Below are positions 1 to 9,606 of a stretch of DNA of 64,000 nt, piece after piece. Positions within the stretch are counted from its first letter, which is position 1; each line of letters opens with the position of its first letter. The stretch spans positions 124,001-188,000 of IMG/VR virus record IMGVR_UViG_3300001460_000004. One strand, 5' to 3'. Under the pieces are notes generated by a model that was given only the letters and a program-made list of their open reading frames with translations, ran no database searches and was not told the DNA's origin. The position numbers were made by a program, and so were the translations under genes.

Positions 1-133
1 CACAATGTTCTTCCCAAACACGGTTCATTGCTTCCATACCTTCGAGTGCATCTCCCCGTCCAAAGTTTGTAATTGTTTTCCATGCATTGTCAAAACTTGG
101 TGTGTCTTCATAAAAATTTGGAATTCTAAACAT
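1..133 (-). CDS. Small hypothetical early protein, runs off the left edge (MFRIPNFYEDTPSFDNAWKTITNFGRGDALEGMEAMNRVWEEHC...)
   Basis: Hand-translated minus-strand frame from ATG at 133, GGAG SD upstream, and a sigma70 promoter at 164-192; not in the ORF track because it has no stop within the window. Confidence 0.7.
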   Translation of the reverse strand, partial: MFRIPNFYEDTPSFDNAWKTITNFGRGDALEGMEAMNRVWEEHC

Positions 134-163
134 ATGTTTCTCCGTTTTCTAACTTATATACAC

Positions 164-192
164 AGTATACGATTAAAACTTACAAAAGTCAA
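164..192 (-). promoter_or_regulatory. sigma70-type early promoter
   Basis: TTGACT-N17-TATACT on the minus strand. Confidence 0.7.
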
Positions 193-210
193 GAAAAACG
201 TTCCTTTTGA

Positions 211-298
211 AATCAATGACTTACATTACAAATTGGCTAAGTTATTGAAATATAACAAAAAATAAATGAAAAATAATTTATTTGATAAGTCTTTGATA
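211..298. promoter_or_regulatory. Cluster of IHF-consensus sites between divergent early genes
   Basis: AATCAATGACTTA (211-223) and minus-strand TATCAAAGACTTA (286-298) match WATCAANNNNTTR exactly; 238-250 (minus strand) has one mismatch. Confidence 0.55.
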
Positions 299-349
299 TA
301 TAAAGAAACTTAAAGGTTGATTTATTTTTTATTGTATGTTACTATATAA

Positions 350-1567
350 TTGAAGTTAAATTTTGTGAGGTGCTACATGGCTGTAAAGAAAAAAGTAGTT
401 AATCGTCGAGGTAAGCGAGTTAATCCTGATCCTGTATTTGAAGGATGCGAGAGTTGGAGTGGACAAAAGTTCCTTCGAGAACAGCATAAAGCCACTGACT
501 ACTATCGTACTGAGTACAAAGCATCTGATTTATTGCCTGATTATTTTAAATGGATGTCTAACAATGGCTACAGCAAAACTGATATCAGCCATTGCAGAAA
601 ACACGGCAGTTTTTTGAATGTTGCAGCTATATATGCCCGGTGCATTAATACTGGCATGGTAAATTCCCACCAAGGTGCAATTGAACATTGGGAAACACTA
701 CCTGGAACAACAGGCAATTTAAGACCAACTAGTGAGTTTCTGCATAGTAAAGCCAAAGAGTGTTTGCGTATAGACAACACAAGTCTTATGCCAGATTCAA
801 CTGCAACAACTGATACAAAAGAAACAACTAAGAAAACAATACAAGACCATCTTAAAGAAAAAGCTGGTGAGATGATGGGCGATCTTGAACAGATGTTTGA
901 TGATTATATTGATGAAGGTATGCCTAAAGCGTTTAAGCAAAAACCTTTTACTGTTCTTAATGAAAGTAACTTAGGCCCGCAGTTTATCAATAAAGCTATT
1001 GGTTACTGGGAAGGTCTTAAAGATGAAATGTTAGAGCTACAAGCAGGCGAATGCGAACAACTAAACGAGGGTTATGCACATTGGAATAAAATACAAGTTC
1101 GTAATGTAATAAAGTTTATTGAAGTTATTATTGCTGATTGTAACGGATACTTACAACTTAAAAAGTCTAATAAAAAGCCAAGAACTCGTAAACCTGTAAG
1201 TCCAGAAAAACTTACCCGCAAATTTAAATATCTTAAAGAGGATACAACTTTAAATATTAAGAGTGAAAAAGTAACTGAATTAGCTGAAGCCGGAGAGGCT
1301 TGGTTTTACGATACAAAAAAGAGAAAGCTAATACATGTAGTAGCAGATCAATATAGTAAAACGTTTACAGTTAAAGGTAGTACACTAATTGGCATTGATG
1401 CAAGTAAAACAGTACAAAAAACACTACGTAAACCTGTAGAACAACTTAAAGAGTTTATAAAAGCAAGTGTACCTAACAAACGAAAGTTTTACGATAGTGT
1501 TAAAGCTGTTGAAATCAAGTATACAGGGCGTGGCAGTGATAACTTATTGTTGCTTTCTATAAGGTAA
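350..1567 (+). CDS. Hypothetical phage protein (true start probably ATG at 377, MAVKKK)
   Basis: 405-aa ORF; GAGG SD precedes the internal ATG; no recognisable motif. Confidence 0.75.
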   Translation: MKLNFVRCYMAVKKKVVNRRGKRVNPDPVFEGCESWSGQKFLREQHKATDYYRTEYKASDLLPDYFKWMSNNGYSKTDISHCRKHGSFLNVAAIYARCINTGMVNSHQGAIEHWETLPGTTGNLRPTSEFLHSKAKECLRIDNTSLMPDSTATTDTKETTKKTIQDHLKEKAGEMMGDLEQMFDDYIDEGMPKAFKQKPFTVLNESNLGPQFINKAIGYWEGLKDEMLELQAGECEQLNEGYAHWNKIQVRNVIKFIEVIIADCNGYLQLKKSNKKPRTRKPVSPEKLTRKFKYLKEDTTLNIKSEKVTELAEAGEAWFYDTKKRKLIHVVADQYSKTFTVKGSTLIGIDASKTVQKTLRKPVEQLKEFIKASVPNKRKFYDSVKAVEIKYTGRGSDNLLLLSIR

Positions 1568-1598
1568 ATACATTGGCTAAAGGAGCCAATGAAGTATG
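1565..1598 (+). promoter_or_regulatory. Late promoter TAAATA plus hairpin covering the neck-gene RBS
   Basis: TAAATA 1565-1570; CATTGGCT (1571-1578) pairs with AGCCAATG (1584-1591); the AAGGAG SD lies across the loop and 3' arm. Confidence 0.6.
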
Positions 1599-2357
1599 TC
1601 CAATGAAACCTTAGATAAATTAAAAAGTGATTTGATCACCTATGTCAAAAATGAAATGGGTGATGGAATCATTGACTTGGAATTGGATCCAGCACACTAT
1701 GAAACTGCATATCAAAAAACACTTGGTGTGTATAGACAACGGGCACAAAATGCATACGAAGAAAGCTATAGTTTTATGGAGTTGCAAGACAACATAAATG
1801 TTTATACATTACCCCAAGAAGTCAATAGTGTAAGACAAATATTTCGTAGAACACTAGGGCAAAGGGGTAACCAAGGACAATCATTTGATCCGTTTGGCCA
1901 AGCAAGTGCAAATATTTACTTGCTTAATTTTAATAACGGCGTTGGCGGCCTTGCAACATATGATTTTTATCAACAGTATGTTGAGCTTGCTGCACGTATG
2001 TTTGGTGGATATATTAATTATAATTTTAATCCATCAACTAAAAAACTGCAATTGATTGCTGATCCAAAAGGTAGTGATGAGGTTGTATTGTTATGGACAT
2101 ATAACCAAAAACCAGAAATTACATTACTTACTGATAACTCAATTGTGCAATGGATAAGAGACTACATGACATTTGCATCCAAGCATATTATTGGCGAAGC
2201 TAGAGAAAAATATGCTAGTATTGCTGGCCCACAAGGGGGAAGTGTATTAAATGGTAGTGCAATGAAAGCCGAAGGCTCGGCTGGTATGGAACGTTGTATT
2301 CAAGAATTAAGAGATTATGTTGATGCAAGTGATCCTATAACATTTGTAATAGGATAA
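1596..2357 (+). CDS. Neck / head-tail connector protein (T4 gp13-like)
   Basis: N-terminal ...EMGDGIIDLELD... and C-terminal GEAREKYASIAGPQGGSVLNG pattern resemble gp13-type neck proteins; late promoter upstream. Confidence 0.7.
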   Translation: MSNETLDKLKSDLITYVKNEMGDGIIDLELDPAHYETAYQKTLGVYRQRAQNAYEESYSFMELQDNINVYTLPQEVNSVRQIFRRTLGQRGNQGQSFDPFGQASANIYLLNFNNGVGGLATYDFYQQYVELAARMFGGYINYNFNPSTKKLQLIADPKGSDEVVLLWTYNQKPEITLLTDNSIVQWIRDYMTFASKHIIGEAREKYASIAGPQGGSVLNGSAMKAEGSAGMERCIQELRDYVDASDPITFVIG

Positions 2358-2361
2358 TAGT

Positions 2362-2664
2362 ATGCGAGCAATTGATTTTATATCTGAAGATTATATTATA
2401 TCAGAACATAGTATGGTTTGGAAACGAGCCAGCAATGGAACTGTAAAACTTAAATGGAAATGTGGATTTGGTCCTCGTCGAGATCGAGTAGTAAGCGATG
2501 TTAAACAATGCAGTGCAGCACCAAACTTAAAAAAATCACAAGCAATGAAAAAGACTCGGGCTAGAACTAAAGTTAAACAAGCAAGAAAAGCCAAAAAAAC
2601 TAAAAAAGTAAACCCTGCAACCAGATTAGCAACTAGATTAAATAAACTTAGCCGCAGACGATAG
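2362..2664 (+). CDS. Basic small protein with capsid-targeting-like N-terminus (MRAIDFISE)
   Basis: 100-aa Lys/Arg-rich ORF directly after the neck gene. Confidence 0.65.
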   Translation: MRAIDFISEDYIISEHSMVWKRASNGTVKLKWKCGFGPRRDRVVSDVKQCSAAPNLKKSQAMKKTRARTKVKQARKAKKTKKVNPATRLATRLNKLSRRR

Positions 2665-2670
2665 AAACTC

Positions 2671-4122
2671 ATGCAAATTGAATGTTTAGACAATCCTAAC
2701 AAGGACACAGTAGATGTTCTGTTGATTACAGTTCCGTGGACTGATAGTAGCATGCCATTGATGGCACCAGCAGTATTACTTCCTGTTATTGAAAGTACTG
2801 GTGCTACTGCTAAATGTGTTGACTTAAATATTGAAGTGTATAACATGGTAAAAGACCATGAACATAAAGATGCACTTGTTCGTTTTTTCTTTGACGAAGT
2901 AATTGATCCTGATATTGAAGAATGGGTGTTAGACATGCTTACTAGCATTGCTACACAAATCATGTCATATCAACCCAAGTATGTAGGATTAAGTTTGTTT
3001 AGTTATGTGTGTCAACACACTGCAAAATGGCTTAGTTATGTTATTAAAAAAATAGATCCTAATGTTAAAATTGTAATTGGTGGAGCAGGGTGTTTAACAA
3101 CTTTTACCGGCCCAAGTGAGTTTGCACAAGACTGCATACAACAAGGAATAGTTGATTACCATCTAAGAGGTGACGGCGAACAAGCATTTTATGAACTATT
3201 AACTGGTAATGCAGATTATCCTGGAATTAATAGTTTAGAATGGAAAGAACTTGATAGAGAAGCTCTTGCTAAACTTCCTATACCAGATTATAGACACTAT
3301 AATTTTGATCTCTATCAACAAAGAAGTTTGCCATTAGTTGGTAGTAGGGGATGTGTAAGACAGTGTAAATTTTGTGATTACATTGCTAATTGGAAGAAGT
3401 TTCAATGGCGTAATGCCGATGACATTTTTAACGAAATGTATTATCAATATAAAAAATACAAAATTAGAGATTTTAAATTTCAAGATAGTTTAACCAATGG
3501 AAACATGAAAGAGTTTTTGAGACTTACTGAGCTGTTAGCAGAACACAATCAAACAAATCCAGATGAAAAGTTTACCTGGAGTGGATATTTTATTTTTAGA
3601 AATCCAACAACAAACAGTGATTACGAATGGGAAATGATTAAAGCAAGTGGTGCTAAAGTATTAGTTGTTGGTATTGAAAATTTAAACGAACATATACGTT
3701 ATCATATAGGTAAAAAATTCAGTAATGAAGCCATTGATTATCATTTAGAGCAAGCCTATAAACATAATATTACAATACAAGTATTAAACATAGTTGGATA
3801 TATTAATGAAACTCAAGCCGATATTGACTTTGCAAAGAAATGGTTAGATGAACACACAAAATACAAAGACATGATGTATTTGCAATGGGGAGGAACACTG
3901 GGTATATTTCCTAATACCTGGCTTGAGCGTAATATTAATGATTTAGGTATAATACAAACAGACAAACATCCACAAAGTTGGGTTAATGAAAGTATTGGAA
4001 GCACACCTAGTGTAAGAGCAAACTGGGTCAAGGATCTCAATCAGTATAGTAGTAATTTAGGCTATACCGTAGCAGACAACATTGACAATCACTTTTTATT
4101 GGAAATTTTAATGAATGCTTAA
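2671..4122 (+). CDS. Cobalamin-binding radical SAM protein (class B methyltransferase-like)
   Basis: B12-binding-like segment (VGLSLF...IVIGGAG...RGDGE) followed by SRGCVRQCKFC (CxxxCxxC) and a VGIE motif. Confidence 0.85.
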   Translation: MQIECLDNPNKDTVDVLLITVPWTDSSMPLMAPAVLLPVIESTGATAKCVDLNIEVYNMVKDHEHKDALVRFFFDEVIDPDIEEWVLDMLTSIATQIMSYQPKYVGLSLFSYVCQHTAKWLSYVIKKIDPNVKIVIGGAGCLTTFTGPSEFAQDCIQQGIVDYHLRGDGEQAFYELLTGNADYPGINSLEWKELDREALAKLPIPDYRHYNFDLYQQRSLPLVGSRGCVRQCKFCDYIANWKKFQWRNADDIFNEMYYQYKKYKIRDFKFQDSLTNGNMKEFLRLTELLAEHNQTNPDEKFTWSGYFIFRNPTTNSDYEWEMIKASGAKVLVVGIENLNEHIRYHIGKKFSNEAIDYHLEQAYKHNITIQVLNIVGYINETQADIDFAKKWLDEHTKYKDMMYLQWGGTLGIFPNTWLERNINDLGIIQTDKHPQSWVNESIGSTPSVRANWVKDLNQYSSNLGYTVADNIDNHFLLEILMNA

Positions 4123-4549
4123 CTTACAAACAGCACTAATTGAACTTGAATTTGAATTTGGTCGAGCTAATGATCGTTTTATAAACATAGTTATTAGTGA
4201 TGCTAAAAGTAAATTTAATGTTTTTCCTTATGAGGATAACGGATGGTTTGGCCATGTTGCTTTGCCAGTGCAGTTACCAACTAAGATTTTTATAGAGTGT
4301 AGTGGCAAAACTGATCAAGATGTAATAGTAGACAAAAATAATAATATAATACAAGACACATATGTAAAAATTAAAAACATAAAAATAGATGGATTTTTCT
4401 TATCTAAAAATTATATTGACCAAAAAATTATACAGCATACGTCAACTGGTGAAGAAATTATCAGTAGTTATATTGGACACAACTGCTCAATTGTTTTAGA
4501 CTTTTCAAAAAATAATGCAATTTATCAAGTTTTATACGCTAATCAGTAG
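4115..4549 (+). CDS. Hypothetical protein coupled to the B12 radical SAM gene
   Basis: 144-aa ORF overlapping the upstream stop. Confidence 0.65.
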   Translation: MLNLQTALIELEFEFGRANDRFINIVISDAKSKFNVFPYEDNGWFGHVALPVQLPTKIFIECSGKTDQDVIVDKNNNIIQDTYVKIKNIKIDGFFLSKNYIDQKIIQHTSTGEEIISSYIGHNCSIVLDFSKNNAIYQVLYANQ

Positions 4550-4578
4550 TTGACTTTATAGTGCATTAGTGCTATAAT
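4550..4578 (+). promoter_or_regulatory. sigma70-type promoter for exonuclease/dNMP kinase
   Basis: TTGACT-N17-TATAAT. Confidence 0.75.
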
Positions 4579-4608
4579 ATAAATTACTATAGAGTTTAGG
4601 AGAAAAAC

Positions 4609-5136
4609 GTGGATATTATGATTGATTTAGAGACAGCAGGAGTAGGCCCTGATGCTTGCATATTAACAATTGCTGCTCAAGTGTTTGATCCACTTAAAGT
4701 AACAAACTTTTCTGACCTACCATATGGTTACTGGCGTGTAGATATAGACAGCCAACCTGACCGACAAGTTGACCAATCCACGATTGAATGGTGGGCAACA
4801 CAGCCTAAGCATATACAAGACGAAGCATTTAGTGAAGGCGATCGTGTTAGTTTGTCGCAGGCATTAACTGAATTAGGAAAAATGATCTGGCATAGTACTC
4901 GCTTTTGGGCACAAGGTCCAACGTTTGATGCTACTATATTAGAACATGCATATAAAAGTAATGGGCAAAGTTTACCTTGGAAATTTTGGAGTGTTCGCGA
5001 CAGTCGAACTTTATTCAGTTTAGTTCCTAATTTGCCAAGTCATCCAGCCTCACACAATGCTTTAGAAGATTGTCGAAGGCAAGTTAACATGTTACATGAT
5101 GCTTTTAAAATTTTAAATATTAGAGAGATAAAATGA
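4609..5136 (+). CDS. DEDD 3'-5' exonuclease (DexA / Rv2179c-like)
   Basis: MIDLET (Exo I), GPTFD (Exo II), HNALED (Exo III). Confidence 0.85.
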   Translation: MDIMIDLETAGVGPDACILTIAAQVFDPLKVTNFSDLPYGYWRVDIDSQPDRQVDQSTIEWWATQPKHIQDEAFSEGDRVSLSQALTELGKMIWHSTRFWAQGPTFDATILEHAYKSNGQSLPWKFWSVRDSRTLFSLVPNLPSHPASHNALEDCRRQVNMLHDAFKILNIREIK

Positions 5137-5759
5137 TAATTGGTATTTGCGGATTAATAGGAAGTGGCAAAGGTACAGTTGCAGACATTCTTATTGATTA
5201 TCATGATTTTAAAAAAGTTAGCTTTGCTGATAAACTCAAAGATGGTGTGTCGGCAGTATTTGGGTGGGATCGATCGTTGTTAGAAGGCGATACTGATCGC
5301 AGCCGAATTTGGCGTGAGAAGGAAGATGCTTTTTGGAGCAATGAACTTGATCGAAGTATAACACCTAGACTTGTATTACAATTATTTGGCACTGATTGTA
5401 TGCGTAATGGGTTTGACCCTGACATATGGATGTCATTGGTCAAAAAAGAATTGTTGGATAACCCTAAGCAGAACTATGTTATTCCAGATGTGCGTTTCCA
5501 AAATGAAATGCAGATGATTAAATCAGTTGGAGGTAAGATAATACAAGCACGACGAGGTGCTTTACCCGATTGGTTTTTGAGTTTTAGGGATTATGGATTT
5601 CTTCCTGATCCCGAAATACACGAAAGCGAGTATATGTGGATTGGTCCAGATTGCGATTTTGATACAATTATATATAATGATGGCGGGCTAAGTCAACTTG
5701 AGCAAACAGTTAAAGATCAGGTAATACACCACCTCTCCCCCATGGTAGATTCAGTTTAG
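5133..5759 (+). CDS. Deoxynucleoside monophosphate kinase (T4 gp1-like)
   Basis: GLIGSGKGT P-loop, SFADKLK, TPRLVLQLFGT, DVRFQNE, HESE. Confidence 0.9.
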   Translation: MIIGICGLIGSGKGTVADILIDYHDFKKVSFADKLKDGVSAVFGWDRSLLEGDTDRSRIWREKEDAFWSNELDRSITPRLVLQLFGTDCMRNGFDPDIWMSLVKKELLDNPKQNYVIPDVRFQNEMQMIKSVGGKIIQARRGALPDWFLSFRDYGFLPDPEIHESEYMWIGPDCDFDTIIYNDGGLSQLEQTVKDQVIHHLSPMVDSV

Positions 5760-6054
5760 CAATTTCAATTGTACAATTTAAACAAACAGTTTTTAAATTT
5801 AATAGATCACAATTGTTTAAATTTCCATCAACATGATAAACTATCAGTTGTGCTTTATACTTACAACTAAAACCACAACGATCACAAGTTTTCTTTTGTT
5901 GGTATCCTGCTAATTTCCAATTTGGAATTTGTGGTTTTAGTTTTTTGTCTTTACGTATACAACTATTGCACCTAGTTCGATAGTAGGTTTTTCCGTTAAT
6001 TTTGTTATTAATTGCTGCAACTTTTCGATTACATATTTGACAAAAGGGTCTCAT
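5710..6054 (-). CDS. Zn-binding HNH-like protein (start revised to 6054, MRPFCQIC)
   Basis: Multiple CxxC pairs; VYHVDGNLNNCDLLNLKTVCLNC HNH-like core; TAAATA-N5-ATG supports the 6054 start. Confidence 0.7.
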   Translation of the reverse strand: MRPFCQICNRKVAAINNKINGKTYYRTRCNSCIRKDKKLKPQIPNWKLAGYQQKKTCDRCGFSCKYKAQLIVYHVDGNLNNCDLLNLKTVCLNCTIEIAKLNLPWGRGGVLPDL

Positions 6055-6162
6055 ACGGGTATTTATCAAGCAGACCTTAATTAAGGTACCTATTAAAGCT
6101 AGTTTCTATATATATTGCATAAATATTCTATAGCAATATAACTTAGAAGGAGCGTCCTCAAT

Positions 6163-9100
6163 ATGGCACTAGTATCACCAGGCGTAGAAGTTACTACAGT
6201 TGACGAATCGAATTATTTACCAGCAGCAACGAGTTCGGTTCCGTATATTCTTGTAGCAACAGCCGCAAACAAAGCTTCAGGTACAGATAGTACTGTGATA
6301 GCACCAGGAACCACATCAGCAAATGCTAATAAAGTTTACTTAGTCACAAGTCAAAGAGATTTGGCAGCGACTTTTGGTAATCCAACTTTTTACAACACTG
6401 CGAGTGGAACACCCTTAAACGGGTATGAATTAAATGAATACGGACTGTTAGCTGGATTTAGTTCGTTAGGTGTTAGTAATCGAGCTTATGTACAGCGAGC
6501 CAATATTGACTTAGCTCAATTAACTGCTACAACTGTACGCCCAGTAGGTGCTCCTGCAAATGGAACTTACTGGCTTGATACCGGAGCATCGCTTTGGGGT
6601 CTTAAGCAGTGGAATGCAGCTACATCAACTTTTACAGATAAAACACCAATTGTAATTACTAGTGCAACACAACTTAGTGGCGGCGTACCAGCTTCAAGTA
6701 TTGGAGCACAAGGCGATTATGCAGTTGTTGCAACAAATGCAAAGAATCCAATTTACTACAAAAACACATCAAATGCATGGGTGTTAGTAGGAAGTGACGC
6801 ATGGAAAAATAGTTGGCCAACATTAGTTGCTAGCAATGCTGTCACTGGTACACTTACAGCCGCAGACGTTATTATTATTAACGGAACTTCAGTAGCAGTG
6901 CCGGCTGCCGCAAATAATACATTAACTGGTCTAAAAGATGCAATTAATAGTGCTGCAATTACAGGTGTAACAGCAACCATAGACACAAGTAACAAACTTA
7001 CATTCTTTGTAGACAGTGATGCACAATCTGATGGTAGTAGTGCAGACGGTGGTATCATTAATATTGGTACTGGAAGTACAGCTGGATTGCTAACAACACT
7101 AGGATTAGAAGCAGGCGAAACACATAATTCCCCAGCTTTGCAGCAAAGTTACAACTACACAATTCCACGTTGGAGAACTACTGATAGTTCGCCTCGTCCT
7201 TCTGGATCAATTTGGAATATGTTGTCAGCAGTAAACAATGGCGCAGATCTCAGTGTTAAAAAATATAATTCAACTACAGCAGCTTTTACAGCACAAGATG
7301 TACCTTTGTATGCAAACGATCAATCTGCACTTAAAGCTCTTGATGCTACCAATGGTGGATCAGCTATTACAGTAGGATCGCTTTATGGACAGTACAATGT
7401 AGATCCTGAAGCAAATGCTATTTCACTTTACAACAATACCGCTACATTTAAAGTTTATGAAAGATATGCAACTGGTGCGTTAAACGTAACAGGTGATAAT
7501 ACAGCATCAGTTTTTGTAGCCGCAGAAGAATTTACAATTCAAGCAAGTGCTAAAAATAGCGACACATTATCAAGTGCGGTAACTGCCGTCCTTGGAGGAA
7601 CAACATCTGCAGACTTTGTTGCCGCAGTAAGTGCCGCAGGCGTAGCAAACGTAAGTGCAAGTGTAAGTGCCACTGGTGCAATTGTTATGACACATGATGA
7701 AGGTGGAGTTATTGTTCTTAAAGACACAACTGGTACTCCAGTTGCTGATGCAGGTTTTGCAACAACAATCACAACTGGTCAAGTTAAAGCAGGTACAGGC
7801 ACAGATACTGGTGCTCTTATCCTGAGTAACTGGATTGCACTAACTTATACAGCAAGTGCAAATGCCCCAAGTTTAGATCCAACAACTGGCACTAACTGGT
7901 ACTATAGCCCAGTTGATGAAGTAGACATTATGATTCAAAGTGGTGGAGCTTGGAAAGGTTATCAAACTGTATCACTAGACACACGTGGTATGAACCTTAC
8001 TAATACTAGTCCAAATGGACCAATTGTAAGTGCCAATGCACCGTCACAACAAAGTGATAAAACTGACCTAGTGTATGGTGATATTTGGATCGACACAAGT
8101 AACTTAGAAGAATATCCAGTAATTAAACGGTATTCTTCAGTTAACAATGTTGACACATGGGTAACAATATCAAATATAGATCAAACAACCGAAAATGGTA
8201 TACTATTTGCAGACGCACGTTGGGCTGGTAACGGTAATGTTGATCCAATTACAGATGACATTCCAACAGTCAAAAGTCTATTAACAAACAGCTATACTGA
8301 TGTAGATGCTCCAAACCCAGCACTATATCCTGAAGGTATGCTATTGTTCAATACACGTCGAAGTGGCTACAATGTTAAAACATACCAAACTAACTACTTT
8401 ATTCCAACTAGCTATACTTTTGCAACTTACGCAAGCACAACTGCTTATGTATCCGGCGATCGTGTAACCTATAACGGTGGAATTTATGTAGCAATTGCAA
8501 GTACAACTGGTAACGTACCAACTGATACTTCTTATTGGGCACTATTACAGCAAGCAGCTTGGGTAACAACTGCTGGTAATAAATCAGATGGATCTCCCTA
8601 CATGGGACGGTTAGCAGTTCGACAATTGGTTGTAGCAGCAATGAAATCAGCAATTGACACAAGTGATACATTGCGTGAAGAGCAGCTGGATTTTAATTTG
8701 TATGCAACACCAAACTATCCAGAACTAATTTCTAATATGGTTGCACTTAATAACGAGCGTGACAATACAGGATTTGTTATTGGCGATACACCAATGCGTA
8801 TGGCGCCTACTAGTGCTGATATACTTGCATGGTCAGGTAATACTACTGCTTGGAATACAGGCGACGGGCTTACAACAGCAAGTGAATTTATGGGTGTTTT
8901 CTATCCTTCCGGTCAAACAAACAACGTTGACGGAAAGATAGTTGTAGTACCTCCAAGTCATATGATGTTGCGTACTGTTATACGTAGTGACGATATTAGC
9001 TTTCCTTGGTTGGCACCAGCTGGATCCCGTCGAGGGCTAATTGATAATGCACTTGCAATTGGTTACATTAATGCTTCAACAGGAGAGTTTACTAAATTCT

Positions 9101-9564
9101 CAAATGGACAAGGCATTAGAGATACTTTGTATGAAAACAAAATTAACCCAATCACGTTTATTCCGGGTGCTGGATTGCAGAACTACGGTAACAAAACTGA
9201 AGCTGCAGCATCTAGTGCAATGGATAGAATCAACGTTGCACGACTTGTTGCATATATACGTGGAAGACTTGACTCGATTGCAAGTACATTCTTGTTTGAA
9301 CCAAATGATCAAATTACAAGAAATGAAATTTCAAATGCAATAAGTGGGTTGTTGAATGATCTAGTCGCTAAACGAGGAATTTATGATTACCTAGTTGTAT
9401 GTGACTTGTCAAACAATACACCGGCAAGAATTGATCGAAATGAGCTTTATGTAGATATTGCGATTGAACCGACTAAAGCAGTTGAATTTATCTACATTCC
9501 GGTTAGAATTAAAAACACAGGCGAATTAGCAGCAGGTAATGTTGCAACTTCGCAGACAGTTTAA
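6163..9564 (+). CDS. Contractile tail sheath protein (T4 gp18-like) with large insertions
   Basis: MALVSPGVEVTTVDES start; C-terminal WLAPAG..RG, LYENKINPI, RINVARL, FEPND, VCDLSNNTP, IEPTKAVEFI. Confidence 0.95.
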   Translation: MALVSPGVEVTTVDESNYLPAATSSVPYILVATAANKASGTDSTVIAPGTTSANANKVYLVTSQRDLAATFGNPTFYNTASGTPLNGYELNEYGLLAGFSSLGVSNRAYVQRANIDLAQLTATTVRPVGAPANGTYWLDTGASLWGLKQWNAATSTFTDKTPIVITSATQLSGGVPASSIGAQGDYAVVATNAKNPIYYKNTSNAWVLVGSDAWKNSWPTLVASNAVTGTLTAADVIIINGTSVAVPAAANNTLTGLKDAINSAAITGVTATIDTSNKLTFFVDSDAQSDGSSADGGIINIGTGSTAGLLTTLGLEAGETHNSPALQQSYNYTIPRWRTTDSSPRPSGSIWNMLSAVNNGADLSVKKYNSTTAAFTAQDVPLYANDQSALKALDATNGGSAITVGSLYGQYNVDPEANAISLYNNTATFKVYERYATGALNVTGDNTASVFVAAEEFTIQASAKNSDTLSSAVTAVLGGTTSADFVAAVSAAGVANVSASVSATGAIVMTHDEGGVIVLKDTTGTPVADAGFATTITTGQVKAGTGTDTGALILSNWIALTYTASANAPSLDPTTGTNWYYSPVDEVDIMIQSGGAWKGYQTVSLDTRGMNLTNTSPNGPIVSANAPSQQSDKTDLVYGDIWIDTSNLEEYPVIKRYSSVNNVDTWVTISNIDQTTENGILFADARWAGNGNVDPITDDIPTVKSLLTNSYTDVDAPNPALYPEGMLLFNTRRSGYNVKTYQTNYFIPTSYTFATYASTTAYVSGDRVTYNGGIYVAIASTTGNVPTDTSYWALLQQAAWVTTAGNKSDGSPYMGRLAVRQLVVAAMKSAIDTSDTLREEQLDFNLYATPNYPELISNMVALNNERDNTGFVIGDTPMRMAPTSADILAWSGNTTAWNTGDGLTTASEFMGVFYPSGQTNNVDGKIVVVPPSHMMLRTVIRSDDISFPWLAPAGSRRGLIDNALAIGYINASTGEFTKFSNGQGIRDTLYENKINPITFIPGAGLQNYGNKTEAAASSAMDRINVARLVAYIRGRLDSIASTFLFEPNDQITRNEISNAISGLLNDLVAKRGIYDYLVVCDLSNNTPARIDRNELYVDIAIEPTKAVEFIYIPVRIKNTGELAAGNVATSQTV

Positions 9565-9606
9565 CTGGATAAATAGTATTAATAATACGATAGGAGATAA
9601 AAAAAT

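Noticed and set aside
5-265. Plus-strand 86-aa ORF in the track
   Set aside because: Overlaps a minus-strand gene with SD and promoter and the IHF/promoter region; likely a shadow ORF
5710-6054. HNH ORF as a mobile homing endonuclease or intron
   Set aside because: Small, not interrupting a gene, and no intron structure seen; kept as an ordinary CDS
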